Shown: positions 24,848-38,415 of the stretch, piece after piece
Position numbering within the stretch: the stretch's first letter is position 1
Layout: every line of letters starts with the position of its first letter
DNA from: Azolla caroliniana
Lineage: Eukaryota; Plantae; Polypodiophyta
Assembly (NCBI GenBank): GCA_043228905.1
Contig: JBHGNT010000001.1
Location: 6,510,001-6,574,000 of the forward strand
Reading direction: 5' to 3'
DNA: 64,000 nt
Made by a program: the position numbers and the translations under genes
The notes under the pieces: generated by a model
The model's input: the letters and a program-made list of their open reading frames with translations, nothing else
What the model was told of the DNA's origin: nothing
Database searches by the model: none

Positions 24848-25011
24848 GTTTCCAGACACAACACGAAGCCCGAGGGTATTTGGGGGAAATAACGAACCGA
24901 AATGAACGTTTCCGGACACAACACAAAAGCCGAGGGTATTTGGGGAAATAACGACCCGAAATGAAGGTTTCCGGACACATCACAAAACCCGAGGGTATTT
25001 GGGGAAATAAA
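24848..25011. repeat. Three ~60-bp tandem repeats in the BioF proximal promoter
   Basis: gtttcc(a/g)gacaca..ac.aa..ccgagggtatttggggaaataa x3, about 150-300 bp upstream of the ATG. Confidence 0.92.
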
Positions 25012-25055
25012 ACAAAAAGATATCTCACAGGTTGTCCTCGCGGACAATAAATTGG

Positions 25056-25086
<31 letters not shown>

Positions 25087-25151
25087 GAGAGAGAGAAGGA
25101 GCCAGTGTTTCATGCAGGAGGAGAAAGACGAAGAAAGCCGTATCCGTAACC

Positions 25152-28100
25152 ATGGCTTCCTCATCATCGTCATCGTCATCGTCATCTTCCCCGTCTCCAT
25201 GGGAGCTGTGGCTTGATCAGGCCCTCATTTCTCTCACAGATGCAAAGCTTCTTCGCTCTCTTCGCCCTATCTTCCCCTCTCAACCTTCTCTCCATTCTCC
25301 TCCTCCATCGTCGTCGTCATCTTCGTTATCATCATACTCTTCTTATTCTGACACCACCGACAAAAAACTGCAGACGTTTCATGGTCCTGGAGCTTGGGAC
25401 CGGTCTGGGGTTGAAATAGAGATTTCAAGACCTACGCTGAAGCTATGGATTGATGATATTCCTGGTCTTGGTAATGCGTAAAATTTCATATCCAAACATT
25501 TCTGCTTATTCTCCTACTATTTCTTTCTCTATTCTATGTATATTGATGACGTATAAAATCCATTTGTTGGAATTATTTTTTTATGCATTCAATCTTGATG
25601 TATATTTATTGGACCAATTCAATGTGTAATTTTTTTATGTTGAAGTTTTCTTTTTCCTTTTCTTCTGCATATCAGTCTAAGTTTGCATTTCCAAACTGAA
25701 GCTATGATTTTGATGATGTTCTAAGTCTTGGTAATGCACACAACTTTCATGTTGTTTTCTCTTATTCGTCTGCGTGTATATAGCTTAGAGCTACGTTGTC
25801 TCATTCATTCAATGAGGATATATTTTTCACATAAGATGCAAATTCATGCTCAAATTATTCTTTTATCTGCAATCTATCAAGAATGTCTTGTTTCTTTAGT
25901 AAGAACACTGATTGAAAATTTCTTCTTCTTCTTCTTCATTCAATGTAACTATATTTTCAGAATTATTTTGAAGCCATGGAGGATTTTTTAGCTTAACATG
26001 TATTCCCATCTCATTCTTCAAGGTGATGAATTCTAGACCTAGGATGTAAATTTTCGTCCTGAAATTCCTTCCTGTGCATGTACATTGTTTTTTTTTACTA
26101 TGAATTTCTTCTTTCTTGAATGCACATTTCACTCTTCATTGAAATTTGGCTGTAAAATTTCTCAATCAAATTCCTTCCTCTGTTTGCAATGTAGTTATAT
26201 CCTGTTATTTTAGCATGGCTTTCCTTGTGGACCATGAATGTGCATTTCATTCCGCAAATGAATGAATTATGCACATTGGATGTAAATTTCAAGTTGAAAC
26301 TCTTTTTCAGTACAAAATCTAGGTGCATTCTTTTCTTCGATCATGAAGTTTCTTGTTTGTGTATGTAGGTGACGAATTTTGCACTTCAGAGCTTGCACTG
26401 GAGTATGCCTCTGGATTGAACGCAGAACTTAACCACAAATTGATTCTTTTCTCGGGAAATGATTACCTTGGTCTTTCTTCCCATCCATCAGTGAGAAGAG
26501 CAGCATCTAAAGTGAGTTAAAATACTATTTTTCCTCTTTGATCTGATAACAAATTTGAACTTTTGCAATAAAAAATGCATAAATTTTATATAGGTCTCTA
26601 TGGAGTTCGGAAATGAACTATTTCCCACTCTTTAGCATCATAAATTTTGTGTATAATCACCACTTGAATACTGTTTCCGTATGGTAGAGTTTTGTTTTTC
26701 ATTCTTTAGGTTCATAAAAGACCAGTTGAAATATACAATTTATATAAAGTTTCTGTAGGCAGCTATGGAGTTTGGAATGGGCCCAAGAGGTTCTGCTTTG
26801 ATCTGTGGATATACTTACTTTCACCGGAAGCTAGAGTCAGCTCTTGCTGATCTGAAGAAAACTGAGGTATGGATGGAATCATGATATAATAAATCCATGT
26901 TCTTTCTTGCTTGTTGATGACACATTTCTTCTTGTGTATTTTATATTTATAATCTTACAGTTTAATGGAGGTATGCATGAATCGTGATGTAATATATCCA
27001 TGTGCTTTCTTGATGGTTAAGAAATCTTTTCTTATGTCTGTAAGAACATATAACCTGATGGCATTGTTAGGATTGTGAATTAAGTTTTGCTTCTTTTGGT
27101 GAATGTGGCAGTGTAGTTGAGAAACTTCTCACCAATCCAGGAATTTCATGTTTGCGCATATTTTTTCTGTATACTATATAGATGCAACGATGAAGACTTG
27201 TTTGTGAATGACTTCGGGAGACAACTGATTCTGGTGATTTACTTTGCTATTGTTGCTTCTAGAAAATGGAGGGGCAAATTTTTTGACCGTACACAAAATC
27301 CAAATCTCTGATATGAAAGAAATGAGTGAAGGACCAAGACTCATATAGCATCCTTCCATGAACAACAGTAAATAATGGAAAATTTGAGTTTGAGTGTGAT
27401 CGCTAATTTGTTCCACAATGTTAATCGAAAACCTGGCCTCAGTGTATTTTTGACTAAGTCAAAGGAAAAATGATGTCTTGCGTTCAATATTATCGCCAAT
27501 GGGAAAATATTTACACATTTCAGTGTTCTCCATTCTATGATTGGAAATAACATTTTTCGTGAAAACTTCTGATATCTGCACCCACCAAATTCGTGAAGCC
27601 CTGCCACTATCCTTATCCAGTAAATGTGAAATCATTCTATAGACCGAAGGTAGTCCATTTTTAAGTTTAAAAGGCTGTCACGACATCAAAGTAGTGTTGA
27701 CAATAAGGCTTTCATGAAGGAAGCACAAACTGGGCAATAAATACAATCCATCACTCTTCCAAAAAGTGCATTCTTTGAAATTACACCTCTAAGGTCAGGA
27801 AATAACCGCTCCAAACTCTCTCATAGAGTGCTTAAATGGCTTGAAATGACAATCTCCAGCATATTCATCTCTCTGTCACGCTATTGTGAAAAGGTTTCTC
27901 AATGATAGAGATCTTTCGGAGACAAAAGCTACAATATACCTAACTTGAGAATCTCGCATGTGCCAAAAACCAGATTCTCTCGTCTCTTTTCTTTTCATCT
28001 TATTTACTTTTATATTTACGGTGTAATATTCACTTTATTTTGATTTGTTCTCAAAGACGAGAAAACATTTAAGATGTAATCTCTTATTCAGTCTTATAGG

Positions 28101-31100
28101 CCATTTTGGCCTCTTAAAAGACGTTAATATATCTTTCTTTCTTTCTTTCTTTCTATAAGTTTGAATTCTGATTTGGAAGAATCTAGCATGAACATTGGCT
28201 CTATAATTTTGATAGGATATGCATATTATTACTGTAGGTTCATATGGCTCCAATATTGAATTTGTGTTTTACATCTATCTCAAATAGATTTAACTGAGTT
28301 GAATGCTAAAATTTAATTCTTTTTCTTTTGAGTCTCTTCTTGTCTGGGAAATTGATTTTCTATTTATATTTTTTCTATAAACAATTTTCTTTTATTTCAA
28401 TTTTATGCCCCTCATTGAGAGCTTGATAAATCAGGAATGTTTGCTATGTCCAACTGGGTTTGCCGCAAATGTAGCAGTAATGACAGCGATCGCCACACAA
28501 CTTCCACAGTCTGCTGACAGAAGCAAGGATAATGTCACGATATTTTCAGATGCACTAAATCATGCTTCAATAATTGATGGAATTCGTTTGTCACAGAGAC
28601 AATGCAAAACAGATTTGAAGGTTTACAAGCATTGCAATGTAGAACATTTAAATCAGCTCCTGTAAGTTGCAGATTAGTCCTCAAAATCTCCGTAATGATT
28701 AAAATAATATATATATATATATATTTTTTTTCTGGACTAATTTAAAATTCCAATTTCTTAGCTTGGTATCACAAACATTGCAGTATAATTCAGCTCATCT
28801 TAAGTTCTAAATAGTCCTCAAATTTCTGTTTGATGATTACAAATAACTATTTTCTTTCAAATCCAAAAATTTGTTCTGGAATAATTGAAAATCCTCTCCT
28901 TAGTTCTAATTTGTTGTCACTCTGATAAATATACCAAATTAATATTCTAACTGGTTTTAGTTTTACAAATAATTATCAAACTAAGATACAAATGCATCCC
29001 TGGCACAAAATCTCAAATATATTTGGAGCGAGACACTGCAATACTTCTTTCTGTTGTGTCTGGATTCTGATAACATTGTGCCCTTGCTTTTGTCAGAGCT
29101 GCCTGTAAGCATAAGAGAAAAGTGGTTGTAACTGACAGGTAAGGATATATTTGGAATTGAAAGTTATATGGTATACCCATGATGATTCATAGTGACCACT
29201 TTTTTTGCAGTTTATTCAGCATGGATGGTGACTTTGCCCCGTTAATTGAACTTGTTGCACTTCGGAAGAAATATAAGTTTTTGCTTGTTATTGATGATGT
29301 AAGTATTTAGATATTCGATAAGTGTTTTGGAGTACCTATTTGTGTCTCTCTTAAGTCTGCATGTTTTGTTTTATCTAGGCACATGGAACTTTGTTGTGTG
29401 GTCCAACTGGAGGGGGAGTGGCAGAAGCATTGAACGTGGAAGGGGAAGTCGATATAGTAGTTGGAACCTTAAGTAAAGCTATAGGATGCCAAGGGGGTTT
29501 TGTTGCATGCAGGTGTGTTCTGGGCTTTTATTGTTTATAAAATAAGATATGGTTAATTGCATATGATAGAACCATGTTCAAACCAAAAACTAAGCGCAAA
29601 GCATTGGAGAGTTGCAACATGCAATCTCTCTGTAACATGGGAGTCTATCTTAGACCAAAAACCAAAGTTTAACATAGTTTGATCTAGTCCTTGATTGGCT
29701 TCATCTAAATTTCCTGTCTTTTTCTAGATTTACTTTGTTTTGCAAGTATATGGTATTTGTCAGTGCAAATGCTTTAGTTGAAGTAAACATATTTTTTTCA
29801 GGTTTCATTCATGCTTAGAGAAGAATGAAGAGAAATCTTTAGTCATAAAACTTAAGATATGATTAGATATCAAGAGGAAAGATAATAATGTGCTTCAGGT
29901 TACATGCATGTGTACACGCTTGTGAGGGGAAATGTTTCCTGGTAGCCACACATGGGAATAATATGGTGAATACTAATTTCACGCAATATATGTTGAAGTA
30001 TAACAGATTTATGGACCCAGTAAAGGAAGTAATCCCAGATCTTTGTTGAAAGCTTAAAATTTCGGACGTGGCAATGGCTCTATAGATAGATCTGCAACCT
30101 TTTTATTTTGTCCTGCGTTGGCACAGATGACAGCATCTGCAATTCTTTCCAATGCTTTCAGATGTCAGCCAAAAACTCACTCAGTGCCAATTACTTAGTT
30201 TGATGTAGACAAACACGAGGAAGAAGTTTCAGGCACGATCATATTCTTCTATAGAAACCATCAAATATCCTAAAATTTGAGACCCATCAAATAAAATAAT
30301 GGTTCACAGCATGAAGATTTTGCTTACCTGATACCAACCATTGAAATAGAGATGAAGTCAGAGAGAGCACTGGTTGAAGAGAGTTTGAGAGCATACAAAA
30401 TGGGAGGGTAAGGTTCAATAATATCTCATATATACAGAAGAGAAAGATGATAATGCCGTTAGGGTTACTTGTTGAGACTCAATATAAGAGTGAGTTAATT
30501 TAACATGTGTTCACTTACGTCTTTACATATATCTATTTGATGTAAAATTGAAACCTTACAGCTTGGGAACCATTATTTTATTTGATGGGTCTCAAATTTT
30601 AGGATATGGTTGTAGAGAATCTATACATGGAAGTATACTTCTACCTTGTTTGACAAATCCTCCGTTTAACACTTGTTCTGAACTTGGATTCGTAAGTTAT
30701 AACCTGTACATTACTTGTCTCTTGCAATACGTTGTATTTGGTCTGTCATGGAGGTGCACTTACCACCTTTCTAACTTGACCTTATGCTGGTTTTGCTTTA
30801 TGCTAGTAGTGATTATGGTGTTTTTATTTTTTAGTTTGTTTAGCTATGCTGTCCATCTAATAGTATGTGTAATAAATTTGCCTACATCCTCAAATTGGTT
30901 CTGGTTGGCCACACATTCCATATGCTTTTCTGTGGAGTCTCAATTGCTCCAGTGCTCTATTGTGATCCCTATTTGTAATTGACCATTCTTACTTTTCAAT
31001 GCATACTTATTACTAGCTTTTTAGGCTGTTTGAAAGGTAGAATATTACTCATACAAGAAGTGAGCTAAGGCTTGAGAAAACTGAAAATTCTTTGAAGAGC

Positions 31101-34100
31101 AATACCCATGTCCCAATTGACTCGACACTGAACGTAGATAATAACAGATGCTACATTCAAAGCTCTAGTGCTGCTTGGCCACAATGGATTCTTATTAATG
31201 CCAGTAACATGATGTTGAAACTACTGTAAAAGAAGCGGTTGCCAAGGTTTTAGCATCTGCTGATTTAAATGTTGAGTAATCCTTTACCATCTTTCATGCA
31301 AGTACTTTGGTGTGTCACTATATTTAGTGATTCATGAAAGACTTGTGGGTACTAGCAATGATAATCAGTATTATGATTTGTCTGTTATCTTGAATCAAAT
31401 TTTTCTATAGTAGTGATGTGTTTTGCTTGAATTAAAATTTTCTGTAATTGCTATCTGCCTCAGTTGTACTCTCTGCTTGAAGCCAGAATTATTTTAGTAA
31501 TTTCTTCAACATTTTATTATAATGCTGCATGGCATCCAAGTCAGTGACGTTTCTACTTGAAGCTAGAATTGTTTCAATAACTTAGTTGTGCATAGTGCAG
31601 CCGCAAATGGAAACAATTGATACTTTCAAGGGGACGTTCATTTGTTTTCTCAACTGCTCTTCCTGTTCCAGTTGTGGCTGCTGCAAATGGTATGTACCAG
31701 AATATTCATTTTGTGTAAACCTTGGCTTCATCTTATTAAAAAATGAGATGATGAGAAAGACCGTTGCACTATTATTGCCTATCAGACTAAACAATTTTCT
31801 ACAATTTTTTATAATTGATGTGTTTTTTAAGATTCCAACTGTTTACAAATGTTTATAAAGCAGAAGAAGAAGAAGAAGAAGAAGAAGAAAGAACAATTAC
31901 ATAGCAACTCACTATGTTTATATAGGCCAGAAGAACCTATCAGACCTTTGCTTGACTCGTTGGTAGAAAAAAAAGAATCCATATACTGTATTGATTGCAA
32001 GCCTTTGATCTAGTTACAATTGTATACTAATTTTCCTTCTAAAGATGCTGAATAGCCATCCTTCTCATATGGCCTTAGCACACCATGTATAGGAGGGTTT
32101 ACCAAACCTTAGCTCTTTGCTATCAAATTTCCTTGTATTAAGACATCATCATGGTCAATATAAAACTGGGTTTTATGCTATGTAGCTGCCATTCTTGTTG
32201 CTCGAGAGGAACGATGGAGACAAAGAGCGGTTTGGGAAAGAGTCGATCAACTTGCAAATGCAACTGGATTTCACTTCCATAGTCCTATTGCTCCCATCAT
32301 TATTGGATCAGAGGAGGATGCTTTGGAAGCCAGCAGGTTTTCTCGCTTTCAAAAGACATTTAGAGTGTATTAAGAGTTTTAAAGTGTGGGTTGTGAGAGT
32401 ACACATGAAAAAGGCATAAACTCATGTATTCTTCATAGTTATTTTAACACGTCACCCTATTTATGAAGGTAATATTAGGGTGTATGTATTGAGGGGTGCA
32501 TGAGATCACTTTCATTGGCTTATCAATGTTCCTTTTGGAAAAACATTTCTGAATAAGGTTTAATGCCAATTTAGGTTGTTAGATATCTACGTCATGGTGT
32601 TTAATAATTGCAGGTCTTTGATGTTGGCTGGGTTCCATGTAATTGCAATCAGACCCCCAACTGTGCCTGAAAACTCATCTAGGTAAGAATCCTTTCTTTT
32701 CAAGTAACATATAAATTTAAGGGAAAAACTCCTAAACACCCTTGAGGTTCTTCTTTTCAAACCCATCTCGAGCAATTATATAAATATTCCTCTATAAGTC
32801 AATTCTATTTTTGGTAAGTACTCATATTTATAGAATTTGAAAAACATATTGAAATCCATAGTGGCTGAATTATCCGTCCATATATCAGACAGACAGGGAC
32901 GTAGCAGAACTTTTTCTTAGATTTCTAGATCAGTTTTCAGTCTTTGCAACCATTTTTGCTACTGCTGTCTAACAGCCTTCTCACAACTCGGCTCTGTCTA
33001 TTTTGTTCTAACAATTGTTCCCCTGCTGCTATTAACAGCTTTTCTCACAATTGCTGTCAGACAGTTAAAAATTAGGTTGTGCTGCTTGATCAAACTGATC
33101 AGGTTCTACATCCTGCAGGAACAAATCTGAAATCTGTCAGGCTGTTTGGATGGGGTCAGGATGCATCAGCTGCATATATTGCTGCTGATGTGTCATGTAA
33201 TATTCAGCTACATAATCTCGTCTATTCGTAGTTCGTATACAGAGAGATTCACCAATAGTTTATTTATTGGATAAACCAATGGACTAGGCCCTGTCTCATA
33301 GATCACAATCGGTCTTCTGTGGACGTTAAAAATCTGTCTATCTATCTTTTGGTAAACGTTTCATGCAATTTTTATTTTTATTGCTCTCTCTAATTGAATA
33401 TCCTGCTTGGGCAGAACCTCTGCAGTACATTTTTGCACGATTTGTTTTTGCAAAAAATTACTTCATACAAAAAGACTTCAAGTTTCAAAAAATAAAGGAC
33501 ATAATTTGGTGAATTTTCAAGCTGTGGCCTACCTCTTTTTTGATCCCTCCATATCAAATCAGCCCTTACGATTCAAGAGGGTTAGTCAAATCAATGGTCA
33601 TAGTTTTGTCATTTGAATTCAAAGAGAAACAAACCGAAGTTTTGTTTCTGGGTTTGCCATAAACCAGATTTGATTCAGTTGCTCCACTCATCAGAATCAG
33701 ATTCCTGTTGCATGCAGAGATGTTGAATTCATTTATTCCATAGTCAGGTTGCAAATTAAAGCACAAACAATGTGTGAAATTCCAGGTGCAAAAATAGGAA
33801 GAGTGTTCTTCCAGGTTACTTTTCTATTCTTGAAAGTTTATGAAGGTTGCAAAAATGAAATCCAGAGAGTATGTCCAAGGTTGTGAAAGCTATATTATAT
33901 TGTATTCATTATGCATAAATAATTAAGAGTAACTGGAGAGGTTTTGAGGGTTCCATATTTGAATGATGTAATGTCATGATTGAACGCAAATTCCATTTCA
34001 TGCATGTGGTCAGATTTTAGAACTGGAAGTTTTGATTAATTAATTTATCGTGGTTGGTTTTTTTGTATACAGACTTCGTATCACCCTCACTGCAGCTCAT

Positions 34101-34256
34101 ACATCATCTGATGTTAATGCTCTTGCAGTAGCCCTTGCTCCATGGATAAACAAAAGAAAATCTCTTCCATTATTAGGCATGTTAACGTTTGAGAAAAATG
34201 GTGCGGTGCTTGATAGTTATTCAACAACCATTAAAGTTACAAGAGCCAAGCTATAA
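25152..34256 (+). CDS. BIOF: 8-amino-7-oxononanoate (KAPA) synthase, biotin biosynthesis, with peroxisomal PTS1; 11 exons
   Basis: Exons: 25152-25470; 26369-26511 ([13 protein letters not shown]); 26759-26866 ([13 protein letters not shown]); 28435-28661 ([24 protein letters not shown]); 29097-29138; 29211-29298 ([11 protein letters not shown]); 29379-29512 (AHG..GTLSKA, PLP lysine); 31601-31689; 32186-32336; 32614-32682 (AIRPPTVP); 34073-34256 ([10 protein letters not shown]...RAKL-TAA). All introns are GT-AG. Confidence 0.95.
30205..30655. repeat. Inverted repeat / foldback (MITE-like) in BioF intron 7
   Basis: 30265-30305 is the exact 41-bp reverse complement of 30567-30607, with weaker pairing extending outward. 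Confidence 0.85.
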
Positions 34257-34287
34257 ACTTTTGGCACATTATGGATCGACCATCAAG

Positions 34288-34562
34288 CATAGTTCAGGCT
34301 AGCAAGGTATATCACATTTTTATTTAGTTTTACTATGACGTGATGCTACGAAGGTTTTGCAAAATATTCCATGACAAATATGTAGTAAAGTTGCTATTTT
34401 CTTCTTCTATGTTTCATCATGCATCAATCATCTAGCCGAGTTCAGTCTAGCAAATAAAGTATATCATTTTTTTTTTTTGTTTTTACTATGATGTGATGCT
34501 ATGAATGTTTACGAAATATTCCATGAAAAATATGTAATAAAGTTACTATTTTCTTTTTCTTC
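34288..34562. repeat. ~150-bp tandem duplication in the BioF 3' UTR region
   Basis: agttcag.ctagcaa...tttactatga.gtgatgcta.gaa...aaatattccatga.aaatatgta.taaagtt occurs twice. Confidence 0.85.
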
Positions 34563-36839
34563 TACATTTTGATGGTTACATTCTGATGATTGTTTTCATT
34601 AGATTCATTATATTCTACATTCTTCGTATTCATATTGATCGTCAATGTGGGAAACTTGCACTACCGAGATTAAGTTGACATGGTACCACTTTATCTTTCT
34701 CCTTTACTGCACATATATAATGCAAGGTAGTTATACAAGGACTAAGAAGATTTCTAGTTGGGAGAATATATTTATCATCTATCAAAGACATCGTTTGGAG
34801 ATTATATGACAGTTTCAAACTACTTTTCATTAATATACTTGTATATTTTGTGATGTCTTCTTCACCTCTCCAATGAATTTTGTTCATTATGGCAGGTATC
34901 CCAATTTGTCAGGAAAAGGGGTTGTGGATTTTAGTTGATTAAACTAAAAAAAATTGGTCTAATAAAGCTTTGTGATGAGTCTTTGATAGCTGTAATATAG
35001 GCCATTGAGGATATTAGCTATGTAAATCTGCCTATTTTACAACTATCCTTGGTAGTTGCATTTGATATCAGCCATTGCCATTGTTTTGGTGGACTATGCA
35101 AATGCATATGTTTTGGTGGACTTTGATCTATAATTGAAAATAAAATGGAGTTGTTACAAAAATGGATCCATAATCTATAATGCAATCAAAGCACAAGTTG
35201 TCAACTATGTAGACCGAACATCACTAATTAGATAAATGTAGCAGGATGAAAATGAGAGCTTTGTACATGGATATGCTGAACAACAAAACAACACTTCATG
35301 CATGAACTACTTTTTTTTAGTAATGCTTGGCAAGACAAATTCATGGGTTTATTATTGATTGTGCTATGCAATAAAACAAATGCATTGATTTCGGTACATT
35401 TTGTGGAGTTGAGAAAGACCAACATGGAAATAGCATAAGTTATCCTAGATGCCATCCGTATTATCAAAATGATGATAACTTGTAATATAGGCCATATGCA
35501 ATAGCTTTTGAAAGACAAGAGAAAATCAGGAATGAAATTAAAGTTGTCCTCTAAACTTATTGCATTTGTGAGAATTTGCCACAATTGAGGAGAGAAAATA
35601 GTATGAGGGCAATCATGTGAGATAATCAATTAGGAATTTTGACAAAAGAGGCAAGCAATATGAGTGAGAACAAAGAATAGTCAATTAGGAATGAACATAA
35701 TATGTAGTTGGTAGCAACTTGGACAAAAGATGGGTCTTTACAACAAGTATTAAATTGGAGTTGATTGTTGAGGGGAGTCTAGGGAGATTTTTTTTCTCAA
35801 ACGAGAAGTGAATAGTTGATCAATTACTTCACATTCAAAATTGTTTTATATAGGCTTATGGGATTTGTACATGCATTCACATGTTGAAGGGTTTTCTAAT
35901 TTCATCATAAAGTCAAAAATAAAATTTGATTTGATGTTTATTTAACCTATTTGGAAAGGATGATGAGAATTTCTATCATGCTTGGTTTGTCAATGGCTAA
36001 CAATCTCTCCATTGAGGTATTTTTGATACCATACCATTGCTTTGAAGCATAATATCATCCACAATATTCCTATCAATTTACATTAGCTTGTGGATTTTCA
36101 CACTTCATGCTAAGTTTCCCCACCGATAAAAACTCAAAAGCCTAGAAGAGAAAATTCCAACTAGAATAAGAATTGGATGAATAACTACAACGTTAGTTGG
36201 CTTTCATGCTAGATAAAAACAATAGACACAAGACAAAATATAGAGACCAATAATCCCCATTCAAGAACCACATATAGAGAGATTTACAGGACAAAAGAAA
36301 GCCAAGAGTTGAGACAGGTTTCGTGAGATCGTGTGACATGACAAAGTGCTAGTGAAAATAAAGATCAAACAAGAACTAGAGAAGATGCATAAACTGTGTT
36401 TGGTAAAACAACGTAAGAAGACAAAAGAAGAGAGGAACATGGAGGGGGTTGGTGTACAAGTCCTTTTTGAAGATTGGATCGAGCCTACAAGAAAGCTCAA
36501 GAAATGGTGAAGGTGACGAGGGAGGTCCCGATGGCATTTGGGAAGAGATTGTTGGGATCGAGACAAAGACAAAGTGCGGGCGGAAGCCATAGGTAGACTC
36601 ATCGGCGGGGACTGGCCGAGTTTCAAAAAACCACTTTCTTCGACTCCTCAAGTCTAGTAGCTCCTCCTGGGGGACTGACCCGCTAGTCAAAGGAATGGAC
36701 TCGAGAAGCCCAAAGAAATGAGGTTTCCCGATACAAACACGACACTCTCACTCGCAAAACCACCTTTCTCAAAACCGCCTTTGGTACAAAGAGCAGAAGA
36801 AGGAGAACAAAAGTAAAGATCTCAGCGGTTTTCTGAAAA

Positions 36840-37065
36840 CACACACACACACACAGAACACACAGAGAACACACAGAGACAGACAGACACAGGCAGAGAC
36901 ACTCATTCCTTCATTCTCTCCGATCGACGAGAAATAGCTCGCTCACACGAGTCGCCATGGTCTTCCCTCAGCTCTGAACTTCTTCTTCTGCTTCTCCTGC
37001 CTGCCTGCCTGCCTGCCTCTCTGCGTTCGATCTATCGACAGAAAGACTTTGCCTTTGCAGACCTG
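36840..37065 (+). promoter_or_regulatory. Probable non-coding first exon / 5' leader of SYD, with a short uORF and a long 5'-UTR intron (about 37066-40415)
   Basis: CA/GA/CT-rich leader; gccATGG uORF 36957-36977 (MVFPQL*); consensus donor CTG|GTAAGT at 37066; candidate acceptor ctacag at 40415 upstream of ATG 40592. Confidence 0.55.
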
Positions 37066-38071
37066 GTAAGTTTTCTTCTTCATCTGCTTCTGTCTGTCTG
37101 TCTGTCTGTCTGTCTCATCGATCTATCGACACAAATACTTTCCGTTGAAGTCCTGGTAAGCTTCCTTCCTTCCTTCCTTCCTTCCTTCTTCTTCTTCTTC
37201 TCTCTCTCTCTCTCTAAACGTGATTTATGCAGCAGCACCAAACTACGTATAATTAATTGAGAAGACTTACGTTTGACCCTTGCCATGGCCCTGCCCCTCT
37301 CCTAGAGTCTGTATTTGGTTTCCCTAAGACGCTAAAAAACATCTATTTACTTATCTGATGCATCTCTCTTTGATCCATCTATCATCGGCCATGTCCATCT
37401 GGACCCACATGCCTGTCACTGCCCGTAGTGTCTGACAAATTGGGGACTTGTAGCTGACTGTCATCTCCACCTGGAACCATGTCCCTGTTACTGCATGCTT
37501 TATCAACAAAAGGAGGCCATTTTCACCTGGTGTTGAAGGCAACGTCCATCTGCACAATTGGCCTGTCACTGACCGATAGATATTGACAATTCAAAGCCAT
37601 ATCACCCAATACCAAAGGCCATGTCCATCTGGGTTCTGTCACCTCCTTCACCCTACCGGGAGAGTGCTGTCATTGCTTTAGAGACCCTCTCTGTCTTTGG
37701 CTGGTTCACCATGCCAGGGATTGTTCAAAGCCAGAAGTCCTAAGTCCATCACAGCTCACACCTGTTTTTTTTATGAATATCTAAGCTCACATCGTTCTCC
37801 ACTCTTTGATTTGGTAAGGCGAATATTTGGTACAGCTAGCATTTTTACTAATTTACTTATATAAGACTTGGCTTGTTCTCTCTGAGATGAGACTGCATTT
37901 TCTGTTGTAACCCATCATTTTCCCTTGGTCTCTAACAGGTCATTTTGGCCTCTTAAAAGACATCACTATTGTTTTCCTTTTTCTTATTATAAAATTTGCT
38001 ATCTTTCTGGAAACAGACCCAATTAATAGGCTAGGCTGACGTGATCATTTCTGTGGGTTCTCTTGAAGAAT

Positions 38072-38415
38072 CGACTTATTTCTTCTCTCAGAAAACTGAA
38101 CATTTTGCTTCTATAGCTTGAAATTAAGTTGTTGTATATGTGAATATTCTGCACTACTTTTTAACTGAGCATATGCTGTATAGGCTATTATCAAACACCT
38201 CAAAACAACCAATACAATAAAATGGATATCAAAAAAGTAAAATTGACTTATTTCTTCTCTCAGAAAACTGAACATTTTGCGTCTGTAGCTTGAAATTGAG
38301 TTGTTGTAGATGTGAATATTCTGCATTACTTTTTAACTGAGCATATGCTGCATAAGGCTATTATCAAACACATTCAAAACCGCCAATACATTAAAACGGA
38401 TATCAAAAAAGTAAA
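38072..38415. repeat. ~172-bp tandem duplication in the putative SYD 5'-UTR intron
   Basis: gacttatttcttctctcagaaaactgaacattttgc at about 38073 and 38245, with colinear downstream identity. Confidence 0.92.

Noticed and set aside
24848-25011. Possible CRISPR or iteron-like repeats
   Set aside because: Simple head-to-tail tandem units without variable spacers.
30350-30375. gagagagcac resembling miR156/529/535 3' ends inside the foldback
   Set aside because: Only about 10 nt match, it lies in the unpaired spacer, and no star strand is visible.
36260-36700. GC-richer segment upstream of SYD that might be an LTR fragment or small gene
   Set aside because: No TG..CA termini, TSD or protein similarity could be established.
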